From Neomegalonema sp. (GTDB lineage Bacteria > Pseudomonadota > Alphaproteobacteria > Rhodobacterales > Rhodobacteraceae), in assembly GCA_022760355.1 (NCBI GenBank), contig JALEGB010000087.1, positions 950 through 64,949 on the forward strand: 64,000 nt of DNA, read 5' to 3'. This document shows positions 26,532 to 38,700 of the stretch, piece by piece. Position numbers and translations under genes: made by a program. Position 1 is the first letter of the stretch, and the number at the start of each line of letters is the position of its first letter. The notes under the pieces are model-generated. The model saw only the letters and a list, made by a program, of their open reading frames with translations. It was not told the origin of the DNA and made no database searches.

Positions 26532-28226
26532 CTACTTCGTCGACACCAACTCGACCGAGCGTTTCTCAAGCGCAGCGTCGGCCTTCTTTGCTTCCGCCTC
26601 CGCCCGCTCCACGCCAGCAACAAGCCGCGCTGTCGTCGGGCCAAACATGTCAGTCGCTAGCGACGGATAAACGCCCAGAATGATTGCGCCGGCCGCCAAC
26701 GGCGCCGTGATCAGTTTTTCCCGCGCCGTCATATCGTTAATCGTCTCAAGCGCCTTGTTGGTCATCTCGCCAAGCGCGACTCGGCGGTACAGCGTCAACA
26801 TATAAGCGGCGGAGAGGATCACCCCTGACGTCGCGGCGAACGCCACCCAATGCGACGCCTGGAACGCGCCCATCAGCGCAAGGATTTCGCCGACGAAACC
26901 CGAGGTGCCCGGCAACCCGACATTGGCCATCGCGAACAGCATCAGCAGCGCAGCGTAAATCGGCATTCGCTCGGCCAGCCCGCCGAAGGCGGAAATCTCT
27001 CGCGTATGCGCCCGCTCATAGATCACGCCAACCAACATAAACAGGCCGGCCGAAATAAAGCCGTGGCTAATCATCTGGAAAACGGCGCCGTCAATGCCCT
27101 GTTGATTGCCCGCAAAAATGCCCAGCGTCACATATCCCATATGCGCGACGGAGGAGTAGGCGATCAGTTTCTTCATGTCCTCCTGCGCGAGCGCGACTAA
27201 GGACGTGTAGATGATCGCCACCACGCTGAGCACAAACACAAAGTTCGCGAAGTCTGCGCTGGCTTGCGGGAACATTGGCAAGCTGAAACGCAGCAGCCCA
27301 TAGCCGCCCATTTTCAGCAAGATCGCCGCCAGAACCATCGACCCCGCCGTCGGCGCCTGCACGTGCGCGTCTGGCAGCCAAGTATGAACCGGCCACATCG
27401 GCATCTTCACCGCAAAGGATGCGAAGAAGGCGAGCCAGAGCAGCGACTGAACCCCGGCCGGCAGATAAATACCAAGGAACGAGAAGCTGCGCGGGTCAAA
27501 GCCGATAAAGGACTGCCCGGTCGCAGGGTCCTTGTGAGCGGCCGACGCGTACTCGGTCAGAACGGTGATGTCTGACGCCACTGGCAGCAACGTCGCATCA
27601 GGATTGGCCGCCTTGTAGGCGTCGACGAACGTCTTGAACCACGCGCTGTCGCCAACGGTTGAAATCATCCACAGCATCGCCACCAGCATCAGCACCGAGC
27701 CGAGCAGCGTGTAGAGGAAGAATTTGAACGATGCGTAGACGCGATCTTTGCCGCCCCAAACCCCGATGATCAGGAACATCGGAATCAGCCCGCCCTCGAA
27801 GAAGAGGTAGAATAGGACGATGTCCAGCGACACGAATACGCCGATCATCAGCGTCTCAAGCGCCAGGAACGCAATCATATATTCTTTGACGCGGCTGGTG
27901 ACGCTCCAACTTGCGAGGATCACCAGCGGGGTCAGGAAGGTGGTCAACAGCACAAACGGGAAGGAAAGCCCGTCCACGCCCAGCTTATAGGTCAGGCCCG
28001 CGACCCATTTGCTTTCCTCGACAAACTGATAGCCCTCTTTCGACGGATCAAAATAGGCCAGCAGGATCAGTGAGGTGAGGAAGGTGATCACCGTCACGCC
28101 AAGCGCGAACCGCTTGATCTGCAGCTGATCGCTCTCATTGCGCTCTGAGAAGAGCAGCGTCAAACCCGCGCCGACCAGCGGCAAAAAGGTCAGAAAAGTC
28201 AGCCAGCGATAATCGAGACCGTCCAT
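26532..28226 (-). CDS. nuoM: NADH-quinone oxidoreductase subunit M
   Basis: Contains [44 protein letters not shown] start/stop overlap with nuoL. Confidence 0.92.
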   Translation of the reverse strand: MDGLDYRWLTFLTFLPLVGAGLTLLFSERNESDQLQIKRFALGVTVITFLTSLILLAYFDPSKEGYQFVEESKWVAGLTYKLGVDGLSFPFVLLTTFLTPLVILASWSVTSRVKEYMIAFLALETLMIGVFVSLDIVLFYLFFEGGLIPMFLIIGVWGGKDRVYASFKFFLYTLLGSVLMLVAMLWMISTVGDSAWFKTFVDAYKAANPDATLLPVASDITVLTEYASAAHKDPATGQSFIGFDPRSFSFLGIYLPAGVQSLLWLAFFASFAVKMPMWPVHTWLPDAHVQAPTAGSMVLAAILLKMGGYGLLRFSLPMFPQASADFANFVFVLSVVAIIYTSLVALAQEDMKKLIAYSSVAHMGYVTLGIFAGNQQGIDGAVFQMISHGFISAGLFMLVGVIYERAHTREISAFGGLAERMPIYAALLMLFAMANVGLPGTSGFVGEILALMGAFQASHWVAFAATSGVILSAAYMLTLYRRVALGEMTNKALETINDMTAREKLITAPLAAGAIILGVYPSLATDMFGPTTARLVAGVERAEAEAKKADAALEKRSVELVSTK

Positions 28227-30190
28227 CAGCCCAGCCCTCCGAGAACGATCCAGGTGACGAGCGCAACGATCCCGAAGATCATCACGCTGGCGTAGCGGAA
28301 GATAAAGCCGGATTGCGCTTTGCGCACCGCGGCCGACACGGCGGGAGCGGCGCCCATGGCGACGCCATTAATTGCGCCATCAATCATGGCCCCATCGCCG
28401 CGCCGCCATAGGGTGCGCCCAATCCAGCGCGCAGGCCGAACAAAGATGAAATTGTACAGCTCGTCGAAGTACCATTTGTTCTCAAGGAACGCGAGCAAGC
28501 CCGGATGGCGCCGCGCCAGCGCGTTCGGGATGCCCGGCGCCAGGATGTAGAACAGCACCGCGCCGGCCAAGCCGAGCAGCATGGCCGCAAATGGCGCCAA
28601 TTTCACCCACTTGGGAACGCCATGCGCGTCATGCAGCACATGGTTTTTGTCGCCGTGAACAATCGCCTCGCCCCAGAACGCCTTCGCGCCCTCATGGACA
28701 AACTGATCGTAAAACACGACACCCGCCAGAACCGCGCCGATCGAAAGCACATAGAGCGGGATCATCATCACCAACGGGCTTTCATGCGCGTGGCTGTGCG
28801 TCGCCATATCCCCACGCGGCTTGCCCAAGAAGGTCTTAAACCAGAGCCGCCAGCTATAGAAGGACGTCAGCACCGCCGCGATGACGCCGATCCAGAAGGC
28901 GTACATATGCGCGCCATTATGGCTGGCGAAGGCCGCCTCGATGATCATGTCTTTCGAATAATAGCCAGCCAAGCCGAACACGCCTGGAATAGCCGCCCCG
29001 GTAATCGCCAATGTTCCGATGAACATCGTCCACCCGGTCAACGGGATTTTCTTCAGCAAGCCGCCATAATTCCGCATATCCTGCTCATGGTGCATCGCGT
29101 GAATGACGGAGCCGGCGCCGAGGAACAGCAGCGCTTTGAAGAAGGCGTGGGTAAGCAGGTGGAACATCGCCGCTTCGTACGCGCCGACGCCCGCCGCGAA
29201 GAACATATAGCCAAGCTGCGAGCAGGTCGAATAAGCAATCACTCGCTTAATGTCATGCTGCACCAAACCGATTGTCGCCGCGAACAATGCGGTCGTCGCG
29301 CCAATTATGGTCACGAAATGCAGCGCTGACGGCGCCAGCTCAAACAAAGGCGAGCAGCGGCAAACCAAAAACACGCCAGCGGTAACCATGGTCGCCGCAT
29401 GGATGAGCGCCGAAACCGGCGTCGGGCCTTCCATCGCGTCCGGCAGCCAAGTGTGCAGAAACAGCTGCGCCGACTTGCCCATTGCGCCGATGAACAGCAG
29501 GAAGCAAATCACCGTAATTGGATCGACGCCGAGACCGAAGAGACCGCCCGCCTCCATCGTCGCCGCCTGTTTCGCCTTGGCCTGCTCAAAAACCTCGGCG
29601 AAGTCGAGCGTGTCGAACATCAAAAAGATGGCGACAATGCCAAGCGCGTAGCCGAAATCGCCGACACGGTTGACGACAAACGCCTTAATCGCCGCCGCGT
29701 TCGCGGTTGGCTTTTTCCACCAGAACCCGATCAACAGATAGGAGGCGAGCCCCACCCCTTCCCAGCCGAAGAACATCTGCAGGAAGTTGTCAGCCGTCAC
29801 CAACATCAGCATGGCGAAGGTGAACAACGAGAGATAGGCGAAGAAACGGCCCTTATGCGGGTCCTCATCCATATAGCCGAAGCTGTAGAGGTGGACCAGA
29901 GCCGACACCGACGTCACCACGATCAGCATGGTGCGGGTGAGCGCGTCGATCTTGAAAGACCAGTTGACCAAGAGCGAGCCCTCAGTCTGATCTGGACCAG
30001 ACTGGATCCAACGGGCGATCTCGACCGTTTCAGTTGGCGCTTGCAGGAATACCCACCAGGACAGCAAAGCCGCCATCGCGACCAGAGAGGTGGTGAGGAC
30101 CTGCGCGGCGCGATCGCCGATTGAGCGGGTAAAGAGCCCAGCAACCAGCGCGCCGACCAGCGGTCCAAAGACGATCAGCTGATAGATCAT
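28226..30190 (-). CDS. nuoL: NADH-quinone oxidoreductase subunit L
   Basis: Contains [37 protein letters not shown]. 654 aa. Confidence 0.92.
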   Translation of the reverse strand: MIYQLIVFGPLVGALVAGLFTRSIGDRAAQVLTTSLVAMAALLSWWVFLQAPTETVEIARWIQSGPDQTEGSLLVNWSFKIDALTRTMLIVVTSVSALVHLYSFGYMDEDPHKGRFFAYLSLFTFAMLMLVTADNFLQMFFGWEGVGLASYLLIGFWWKKPTANAAAIKAFVVNRVGDFGYALGIVAIFLMFDTLDFAEVFEQAKAKQAATMEAGGLFGLGVDPITVICFLLFIGAMGKSAQLFLHTWLPDAMEGPTPVSALIHAATMVTAGVFLVCRCSPLFELAPSALHFVTIIGATTALFAATIGLVQHDIKRVIAYSTCSQLGYMFFAAGVGAYEAAMFHLLTHAFFKALLFLGAGSVIHAMHHEQDMRNYGGLLKKIPLTGWTMFIGTLAITGAAIPGVFGLAGYYSKDMIIEAAFASHNGAHMYAFWIGVIAAVLTSFYSWRLWFKTFLGKPRGDMATHSHAHESPLVMMIPLYVLSIGAVLAGVVFYDQFVHEGAKAFWGEAIVHGDKNHVLHDAHGVPKWVKLAPFAAMLLGLAGAVLFYILAPGIPNALARRHPGLLAFLENKWYFDELYNFIFVRPARWIGRTLWRRGDGAMIDGAINGVAMGAAPAVSAAVRKAQSGFIFRYASVMIFGIVALVTWIVLGGLG

Positions 30191-30193
30191 CCC

Positions 30194-30502
30194 TCAGCCC
30201 TTCATCATGTTGACATCCTCAACCGCGATCGAGCCGCGATTTCGGAAGAAGCAAACGAGGATCGCCAGACCGATCGCGGCCTCAGCGGCGGCGACAGTCA
30301 AAACGAACAGCGTGAAGACTTGCCCGGCCATATCATTCAATGCGGCCGAAAAGGCGACGAGGTTGATATTGATTGCGAGCAGCATCAGTTCGATCGACAT
30401 CAAAATGATGATGACGTTCTTACGGTTCAGAAAGATGCCAAAGACCCCGATGACGAACAGGACCGCCGCAACGGTTAAGTAATGCCCCAGGCCGACGCCC
30501 AT
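30194..30502 (-). CDS. nuoK: NADH-quinone oxidoreductase subunit K
   Basis: [47 protein letters not shown]. The start is chosen to give the usual length of about 102 aa. ATG 30511 is also possible. Confidence 0.88.
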   Translation of the reverse strand: MGVGLGHYLTVAAVLFVIGVFGIFLNRKNVIIILMSIELMLLAININLVAFSAALNDMAGQVFTLFVLTVAAAEAAIGLAILVCFFRNRGSIAVEDVNMMKG

Positions 30503-30659
30503 TTCGCTCATCGTCCGCTCTCTCTCCTCATCCCCGCTCCGCACAAACGAAAGAGGGCCGCGCCCCCTTGCGCCGCGACAGACGGCGAAGTTCCTTCATT
30601 TCTCGCTCAGGCGGCGAGCGACGCACTCGTCGCACGTCGCCAGCCTGAAACCGGCCGCA

Positions 30660-31307
30660 TCACTCGGCCGGGGTCGTTCCGGTTTGTCCACCAACGCCCT
30701 CGCCCGGCTTAACTGTCACCAGCGCCACCGATTCTTCACGGGTCCGGTGCATCTGAGCGACGACGCTCTGTTTCTTCACGCCATCGCGAGTGCGCAGCGT
30801 CAGCACGATCGCGCCGATCATCGCAACCAGCAGGATCAGGCCCGCGAGTTGGAACAGCAGCGCATAATCATCATACAGCAGCAGCCCCAGCGCGCGGGTG
30901 TTCTCGACGCCGCCCGGAGCAGGATCCACGGCAATCGCCTTCGCCCCCTCTGACGCGAACCCCACGCCGACCGCGAACGCAATCTCGATCAGCAAGATGA
31001 TCCCGATCAGCGCCCCTAGCGGCAAATACTCCGCCATTCCCGCACGGAGTTCGGCGAAATCGACGTCCAGCATCATAACGACGAACAGGAACAGCACCGC
31101 GACGGCGCCGACATAAACAATCAGCAGCAGCATCGCGACGAACTCCGCCCCGATCAGCACAAACAGGCCGGCGGCTGAAAAGAAGGCCAGGATCAGCCAC
31201 AAGACCGATCGCACGGGGTTGCGCGCTACGGTCACCATGAAGCCAGCGGCGATTGCAACGCCGGCGAATAGATAAAAGGCGATGACGGGCAGCACTTGGG
31301 CGGCCAT
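30660..31307 (-). CDS. nuoJ: NADH-quinone oxidoreductase subunit J
   Basis: The ATG at 31307 is preceded by GGAG. Contains [52 protein letters not shown]. Confidence 0.88.
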   Translation of the reverse strand: MAAQVLPVIAFYLFAGVAIAAGFMVTVARNPVRSVLWLILAFFSAAGLFVLIGAEFVAMLLLIVYVGAVAVLFLFVVMMLDVDFAELRAGMAEYLPLGALIGIILLIEIAFAVGVGFASEGAKAIAVDPAPGGVENTRALGLLLYDDYALLFQLAGLILLVAMIGAIVLTLRTRDGVKKQSVVAQMHRTREESVALVTVKPGEGVGGQTGTTPAE

Positions 31308-31706
31308 TCGGGTCTCCTCGCTCGTCCTAAGGCCGTGCGCGCCGTTCAGTAAACGGCGGATGTCTGGCGGCTTATCCGCCCTCGACAAGGGCGGGTCAAG
31401 CCCGCCGAGCACGACCGCGACGCAGCGCCTCACATTTTGACGCAGATCGTCGATACTTGGCCAAAGCCGCGGCCAAGACGGAAAGACCGACGGCGGTAAA
31501 ATTTCGCCTCAAAACAATTGCATGAGACGCCCGCAAATGTCGCGACACTGCTCCTGACCAGCTTCAGTTTTCGTTGGAGCTATACTTAACGCCGCCACGT
31601 AACAAAGTGGATAACGCTGACGGCTGGCGGCGTGAATACGTCGCTCCAAGTCCAGTCAGCGCCACGGGCGCAGCGGCGCGCCCGTTCGGGCGAGGGCGCG
31701 CAGCGT

Positions 31707-32204
31707 TTAGCGAAAGGGCGCGTCCAGCTCGATATTGCGCGCAATCTCGCGCTCCCACTTATCGCCGTTCGCGAGCAGCTTCTCCTTGTCGTAGAACAGC
31801 TCCTCACGGGTCTCGGTCGCGAACTCGAAGTTCGGCCCCTCGACAACCGCATCGACCGGGCATGCTTCCTGGCAGAAGCCGCAATAGATGCATTTGGTCA
31901 TATCAATGTCATAGCGGGTTGTGCGGCGGCTGCCATCGTCGCGCGGCTCAGCTTCGATCGTAATCGCCTGCGCCGGGCAAATAGCTTCGCACAGCTTGCA
32001 GGCGATGCAGCGCTCCTCGCCATTCGGATAGCGGCGCAGCGCATGCTCGCCACGGAAGCGAGGGCTCAACGGCCCTTTCTCGAACGGGTAGTTCAGGGTG
32101 GCCTTCGGCTTGAAGAAGTACTTCAGACCGACCTTGAACCCCTTGATGAAGTCCCAGAGCAGAAAGTAGCTCGCCGCTTTGCCCAGCTTAAACGTCGACG
32201 CCAT
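31707..32204 (-). CDS. nuoI: NADH-quinone oxidoreductase subunit I (2x[4Fe-4S])
   Basis: [12 protein letters not shown] and [12 protein letters not shown] cluster motifs. The ATG at 32204 is preceded by AAGGAGG. Confidence 0.92.
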   Translation of the reverse strand: MASTFKLGKAASYFLLWDFIKGFKVGLKYFFKPKATLNYPFEKGPLSPRFRGEHALRRYPNGEERCIACKLCEAICPAQAITIEAEPRDDGSRRTTRYDIDMTKCIYCGFCQEACPVDAVVEGPNFEFATETREELFYDKEKLLANGDKWEREIARNIELDAPFR

Positions 32205-32285
32205 CGCCGCCTCCTTACGTTTCATCTGACTGCGGCGCGCCACGGCGCCGGCACGCAGCCGAAATCTAACTCTTCCCCGCCCGGG

Positions 32286-33347
32286 TTAGCCCGCAAGGGC
32301 CTTGGCGTAGGTGTAGGGCGCCACGTCGAACAGCTTCATCACCAGCGCCGTTGCGACGACCCAGCCGAGCGACAGCGGCAGGATGACTTTCCAGCCCAAC
32401 CGCATCAGCTGATCGTACCGATAGCGCGGCACGATCGCCTTTACGAACGCAAAGATGAAGAACAAGAACACGATCTTGAACACCATCCACAACACGCCGT
32501 CCGGCAGACCAGGCACCGGCGACAGCCAGCCGCCGAAAAACAAGATCGTCGTCATCGCGCACATGAGCACGATGTTGGCGTATTCGCCGATCATGAACAA
32601 AAGGTAAGGCGTTGACGAGTACTCAACTTGATAGCCCGCGACCAGCTCCGACTCCGCCTCCGGCAAGTCAAAAGGCGGGCGGTTCGTCTCCGCAAGCGCT
32701 GAGATGAAGAACAGGATAAGCATTGGAAAATGCGGCAGCCAGTACCACGAGAACACACCGTAATACGCGCCGCTCTTCGGATCCGGCCCCTGCGCCAATA
32801 CAATGTCGCTCAAGTTCAGTGACCCCACGGTCATCAAAACGGCGACCAGAATAAAGCCGATCGAGACTTCGTAGGACACCATCTGCGCCGCTGAGCGCAG
32901 CCCGCCAAGGAACGGATATTTCGAGTTCGACGCCCAGCCGCCCATGATGACGCCGTAGACGCCCAACGAGCTGATCGCGAACAAGTACAAAATGCCGACA
33001 TTGATATCCGAGATCACCCAGCGATCCGCGACGGGGATCACCGCCCATGCGGCGAAAGCGAGGATAAAGGTCATCAGCGGCGCAAGCAGGAATACGACCC
33101 TGTCCGCGCCAGAAGGGATCACCACCTCTTTCAGCACGAACTTAAAGAAGTCGGCGAAACTCTGCAGCAGCCCGAAGGGGCCAACCACGTTCGGCCCCTT
33201 GCGCAACTGCACCGCCGCCCAGATCTTGCGGTCGGCATACAATAGAAACGCCAAGGAAACCAGGATCCCAACCGTCAAGATTAGGCACTGAAGCAGAATC
33301 CAGCCGCCCGGGATCAGATATTCGGAGACGAAAGAGAAATCTTCCAA
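32286..33347 (-). CDS. nuoH: NADH-quinone oxidoreductase subunit H
   Basis: Contains [25 protein letters not shown] and [20 protein letters not shown]. Confidence 0.92.
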   Translation of the reverse strand: MEDFSFVSEYLIPGGWILLQCLILTVGILVSLAFLLYADRKIWAAVQLRKGPNVVGPFGLLQSFADFFKFVLKEVVIPSGADRVVFLLAPLMTFILAFAAWAVIPVADRWVISDINVGILYLFAISSLGVYGVIMGGWASNSKYPFLGGLRSAAQMVSYEVSIGFILVAVLMTVGSLNLSDIVLAQGPDPKSGAYYGVFSWYWLPHFPMLILFFISALAETNRPPFDLPEAESELVAGYQVEYSSTPYLLFMIGEYANIVLMCAMTTILFFGGWLSPVPGLPDGVLWMVFKIVFLFFIFAFVKAIVPRYRYDQLMRLGWKVILPLSLGWVVATALVMKLFDVAPYTYAKALAG

Positions 33348-33385
33348 GACGAGGATCCTTATTCAGCGAGCCTGACGCGCCGGCC

Positions 33386-35521
33386 TTACTCGGCTGCGAG
33401 CGCAGGGCGGCGAGACATCGCGAGCTTCGACAGCTCCGCCATCGTCTCCGACGCCCGCGCAATTGGGTTGGTCAGATAGAAATCCTTCACAGCCGGCGTA
33501 AAGGGGGCGTCGGACAGCGGCTCAACGCCAAATCCGTCCGGCAACGCCCGCCACTGCGCCGACATCGGCTTGCCAATCGACGCCGCCAGCTCCGGATGCG
33601 CCGCAAACAGATGCGCGCGCAAACCTTCAAGATCATCAAACGGCAGCGTTTGACCCAGCTCGGCGGAGAGCGCGCGCAGAACGGCCCAACCATCACGCGC
33701 TTCGCCAGGCGCATGCACAGCGCGATTCGCAAGCTGCGGCCGACCCTCCATATTGAGGAACAGACCTGCCTCCTCGGTGAACGCCGCGCTTGGCAGCACG
33801 ATGTCCGCCGCCTGCGCGCCCGCATCGCCATGGCTGCCTTGATAAACGACGAACGCTTTTTGGAGACGATCCATCGGCAACTCATCTGCGCCAAGCAGAT
33901 AGACAAAGTCGATCTCGCCGCTCTCGGCGCCGCTGAGAACGCCGCCAACGTCCCGGCCAGTCGGCGCAGCGCTGAGGCTTTCGCCATCATCCGTCATATG
34001 CGGCGCAAAACCGATCGCCATGCCGCCGACCCGCGCCGCCGCGGTGTGAATAACGCCAAAGCCAACCCCCGCATCGCCGGCCTCGCCGACGGCGCCCACA
34101 CGCTCCGCCAACGACATCGCCGCACGCAGCACCGAAGCCCCGTCCGCGCGGGCGAGCGCGCCAGCGCCCACCAAGATGAGCGGCCGCGCCGCATTCGCCA
34201 GCCACTCGACGACCTCTTCTTCTGGATCGTCAAGCGCCTTTGGCCCGGCGCCCAGATGCCGATACTCGTAAGTCAGATCCGCCGGCTGCCCAATCAGGGC
34301 GAATTCCGTACCGTTCAGCCATGCTTGCCGAAGCCGCGCATTCAGCACCGGGCTTTCATGACGAGGGTTCGAGCCAATCAGCAGAATTGCATCGGCCTTA
34401 TCCACACCGGCGATGGTTGGGTTGAACAGCCAACCAGCCGGCGTCGTTGGCGGCAGCGCCGCGCCGTCTTGACGGCAATCGATGTTCTTCACGCCCAATG
34501 AACGCATCAGCGCCTTGAGCGCCCACATCGTTTCAACGGATGGCAAATCTCCAGCGATCGCCGCCATTTTATCCGGGGTTGTTTCGCTGACTTTTCGCCG
34601 GATCGCATCGAAGGCCGCCGCCCAGCTGGTCGGGACCAAACGGCCGTCCGAGCCTCTGATATAAGGCCGATCAATGCGCTGACGCCGCAGACCATCCCAG
34701 ATGTACCGCTGCTTATCGTCGATCCATTCTTCGTTCACATCCGCATTTTCGCGCGGCAGAATCCGCATCACCTCACGGCCGCGGCTGTCGATGCGGATAT
34801 TCGCGCCGAGCGCGTCCATCACGTCGATCGACTCAGTCTTGCTCAGCTCCCACGGACGCGCGGTAAAGGCGTAAGGGCGGCTGGTCAACGCGCCAACGGG
34901 GCACAGATCAATCACGTTGCCCTGCAGTTCCGAACTTAGCGCCGCATCGAGATACGAAATAATCTCAGCATCTTCGCCACGCCCGGTGCAGCCCATCTCC
35001 GGCGCGCCGGCCACTTCGGTGACAAACCGAACACAGCGCGTGCACTGAATACAGCGGGTCATCGTCGTCTTGATAAGCGGGCCCAGATGAATTTCATCCA
35101 TGGCGCGCTTATTTTCGTTGAAACGGCTGCTGTCGACGCCATAGGCCATCGCCTGATCCTGCAGATCACACTCGCCGCCCTGATCACAGATCGGACAATC
35201 CAGCGGGTGATTGATCAGCAGGAACTCCATCACCCCTTCGCGCGCCTTTTTCACCATCGGCGAATTGGTGAGCACTTGCGGCGGCTCGCCATTCGGCCCG
35301 CCGCGCAAATCTTTCACCTGGAGATGGCACGAGGCCGCGGGCTTTGGCGCGCCAACCGGCTCGACCAAGCACATCCGGCAGTTGCCGGCGATAGACAGCC
35401 GTTCGTGATAGCAGAAGCGCGGAACTTCAATACCAGCCAATTCGCAGGCCTGAATCAACGCCAGGTTGGGGTCGCACTCGATCTCAAGCCCGTCGATGAT
35501 AATCTTACGGAGCTCCGACAT
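33386..35521 (-). CDS. nuoG: NADH-quinone oxidoreductase subunit G
   Basis: N-terminal 2Fe-2S/4Fe-4S region ([42 protein letters not shown]). 711 aa. Confidence 0.92.
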   Translation of the reverse strand: MSELRKIIIDGLEIECDPNLALIQACELAGIEVPRFCYHERLSIAGNCRMCLVEPVGAPKPAASCHLQVKDLRGGPNGEPPQVLTNSPMVKKAREGVMEFLLINHPLDCPICDQGGECDLQDQAMAYGVDSSRFNENKRAMDEIHLGPLIKTTMTRCIQCTRCVRFVTEVAGAPEMGCTGRGEDAEIISYLDAALSSELQGNVIDLCPVGALTSRPYAFTARPWELSKTESIDVMDALGANIRIDSRGREVMRILPRENADVNEEWIDDKQRYIWDGLRRQRIDRPYIRGSDGRLVPTSWAAAFDAIRRKVSETTPDKMAAIAGDLPSVETMWALKALMRSLGVKNIDCRQDGAALPPTTPAGWLFNPTIAGVDKADAILLIGSNPRHESPVLNARLRQAWLNGTEFALIGQPADLTYEYRHLGAGPKALDDPEEEVVEWLANAARPLILVGAGALARADGASVLRAAMSLAERVGAVGEAGDAGVGFGVIHTAAARVGGMAIGFAPHMTDDGESLSAAPTGRDVGGVLSGAESGEIDFVYLLGADELPMDRLQKAFVVYQGSHGDAGAQAADIVLPSAAFTEEAGLFLNMEGRPQLANRAVHAPGEARDGWAVLRALSAELGQTLPFDDLEGLRAHLFAAHPELAASIGKPMSAQWRALPDGFGVEPLSDAPFTPAVKDFYLTNPIARASETMAELSKLAMSRRPALAAE

Positions 35522-35680
35522 CCGCTGTATTCTCCTGTTCGGCGGCGCGCTCTACGCAAGATCGCGGCGCGCAGCCCGCCATCGCACAAGTCGCGGCGTT
35601 AAACACGCTAAGTTTGGAGCTACTTCGACTAGGACAGCCTTTCGGTCAACCGACGCGTTGCCGCGGCGGCGCGTTTTTTA

Positions 35681-35713
35681 ACAGAAAAGGCTGCGCGGAG
35701 CCCCGACGCAGCG
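35681..35713 (-). terminator. Rho-independent-like terminator after the 1017-aa gene, upstream of nuoG
   Basis: The minus strand reads GCTGCG-UCGGGGCUC-CGCAGC followed by CUUUUCUGUU. The stem is 35690-35695 paired with 35707-35712. Confidence 0.55.
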
Positions 35714-35790
35714 CCACCCTAACCACAACCAGTTCACAATCCGGCAACTGCGCCACAAGAAATCCGGAGCCAAAGGCGAAACCTATCGGC

Positions 35791-38700
35791 TCAACTGAGG
35801 GCGATCCGCACCCTTGCGCGCAGCAGCACCCCAGGCGGATCTTCGCCCGGCGCCTGGATCAGCCGCTCCATCGCATCAACATTTTCCACCGCCACAAGCT
35901 CAATTTCCTGACGGCCGGCCGAGAAAACGCAGCCATAGAAATGACAGGTCGCGACGGAGCCAATGCGTGAAGGACGATCTTCGGGGCGCGCGCACCGCGC
36001 TGACGCAGGCACAAACAAGCGCGCCCGCTCCGCCGAAACCGCGCGACCACCGATTATGGCTTTTACGTTCAGCACCCGGCCCGCGGCCTCAATCGGCGCG
36101 TCAAACCCGCCGGGACCAAAGGAGGCGACGACGCGATCATTGTCCGGATCGATCAAATCGACCCGCACCAAACGCGCATCGCTCTCCATTGCGCGAACCG
36201 CCAACTCCTCGCGCGACGGGCCCCGCGGCGCCCGCGCCTCATCATCGTCAAGCGTCGGGACTTCAAACGGCGTCCGCCATAGACGCAAAGGCGTCTCGGC
36301 GTCCCGATCCGCGAGCGCGGCGATTTCCAAATAGGGAGGTGGATCGGTCGGCGCGAGATCAGCCAGCGCCCTTTCGACCGCGTCGCCAAACCCCTCCAAC
36401 TCCGCAAACAACGCGAACGGGTCAAGCCGCTCAACGAAGGCGTCGCCTTCCTCAGGGCCGATCCGAACGCTGAGACGCGCAAACCGCGCCCGTCCCGCCC
36501 CGGCCCCGGCGAACCGCGTGATCAGCGCGGCCCCGTCGCGCCGGAGCGCGGCCAGCGGCAGCGGCGCGGAGAGGGAGAGCGCATCTGCGTCGCCGGAGGG
36601 GGCGTCGCCGCCCATAAGATAGAGCGACAATGCAATCGGCGCCTCCCCTTCCTGCGCCGCTAACGCCGGCCGTTTTGGCGGCTTCCCATAGCGCGGCGAC
36701 GCCACGCCGCTGGCGGCCGCGCCAGGCGCGCGCAATTTACGAGGGCGCGAGGAAGGCGCGCCTTCGGCGCCGCTGGCGCGGGCGATTGACTGCGCTTCCA
36801 CCACGGAATCCGCATCGCCGATGCCGGCCACGACCGTACTGCGAGGATCCCCATCCGCGTCCGCAGCGGCCTCAAGCGTCGCGTCAGCGGAGACAGAAGC
36901 GGGCGACTTCGCCGGCTTAGCGTCCGCGGCGGAGGCTTGCCGCTTCGCCGTCAATTCCTGCGCAGCTCGAGCCGGCTCCGATGCTTTTCCCTGCGGCTCA
37001 GACAATGCAGCCTTCAAATCAGCGGGTTTAGGCGGTGTCGGCTTCGAGCCTCGCCGGGCCGCCCGTACGCCGCCCGATCGGGGCGACGCCGGCCGCGGCG
37101 GCGCGGCCGCGTCGTTCTGAGATCGACGCAGCTCGGCGATCGCTTCGTCAATCTCGTCCAAATCGCCGCCTTCGCCGACATAGTCGCGCGGCTCCGCGGC
37201 GGCCTCGCTCGGCGCCGCCTCCGGCCTCTGTTCGTGCGGCGCGACATCCTCGGTCTGGGGCGCGGCGCCCTTGGCCGGGGGCTCAACGCCCTCGATGTCA
37301 GCTGACGGCGCGCCCTCCTCCGCCGGCGCGCCCGCCTGGCCGGCTTCTTTAGGCGCGTCCGGTTTAGGCGCATCCGGGGCCGGCGCGTCAATTGCGTTCA
37401 GGAGCGAATCGACCGTCTGCTCCGACAGAGCGGCGATGCGGACCGCGTTGGCGTGGGCCAGATACGCGTCGATGGCCGCAATACTGTCAAACTTCCGGCT
37501 GAAGCGCTCGACGATCCGCGCGTCCGCACGAGCAGACGCATCCTCAACGACTGGCTTAGCCTCCGCGGCGCGCGCAGACGAGGGTTCCCGCGGCCCCATG
37601 CTCGGCGCCGCGGCGGGCGGGCTGCTTGGCGCGGACGGCGCAAACGGGTCGACGGCGAGATCGACGACCGCCAGATCCTCCTCCGAGACCTCCGAGACCT
37701 CCAAGGGCGATGGCGCCGCCGCCGCGGCGTCCGCCGCCTCCAACGCCGCCGCCTGATCCGGCCACATGCCCGCGTCGTTCACAGAAAGCGCCGCCAGAAC
37801 GCCGGGCGTCGCCCGCGAACGCTGCGGATCAAGTTCGGTCAGAAAACGCGCCTCTTCCCCCAACAGCGCCTGATCGCCCTCCCATATCAGACCGTTCAGA
37901 TGCCCAAACCGCGCGGTCAGTTCGCGCAGAAGAACGCGACGTTCGAACCGATCCAACCCCAGAGCCGCGAGAGTTGCTTGCGCCCCCCGTCGATCACGCC
38001 CGCCAATCGCGAGCGCGGTTGCGACGCCGAGACGCTCGGCGGCATGCATGAGAGCGGCCCATTGCTCCAGACGCGACACATCGAAAACGGAACGTTCTTC
38101 ATCCTTATGGTCGACCGTCTGCCAAGGCCCGCCGATCACAGCGCCGCCCCGGCTTAGGATCGGCGTTACGCGCAAGATGGTGGCCCCCCGCTCCGCGGCC
38201 TTGCGAACGGCGCCGACCGCCCCGCGCCCCCGCTGCGCGGCTCCGCCCCATTCCGGATCGCCTTCGAGCCAAGCCGCCGGCGCGAGCGCGTCGTCCCCGC
38301 CGGCATCCAAAGACGCGCCGTCAAACTCAGGGCCATGAAGCAGATCAAACGCCGGCTCGGCGCGCGCAGCCGTCTCCGCCCCCGACTGGGCGAAGACCAA
38401 CTTGCCGTCGGCGACCATTGCAGATCCACGCGCCCGTAAATCAGGCGGGACCATCTTTGACGGGGCGATCTTAAACGCGCCCGAGGCGCCGTCGAACTCT
38501 CCGGCCGGCGCGCCGACAAAGTCAACCGAGGCCAAATCCTGCAGCGCAACGTTCGGCCCGACGCGAAAACGCGCGCGCCAACGCCACACGCCTTCGAGCG
38601 GCGGCCGGAATCGCACGCGCCAAACGCCGCCGACAGACGCCCCCGTTCGCGCCGCGACGCCATCCGCAGCGAAGAAGCCCGGCGCCACGATCGCCAACCC

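Noticed and set aside
31308-31433. Longer nuoJ starting at 31433 (track ORF of 257 aa)
   Set aside because: The extra 42 residues are Arg/Pro/Gly-rich and not NuoJ-like. The ATG at 31307 has a GGAG RBS and gives the usual length.
36900-37750. Repetitive Ala/Pro-rich coding stretch considered as a possible DNA repeat array or CRISPR-like structure
   Set aside because: There is no regular repeat-spacer periodicity. It consists only of short imperfect codon-level repeats inside the 1017-aa ORF, consistent with a low-complexity protein region.
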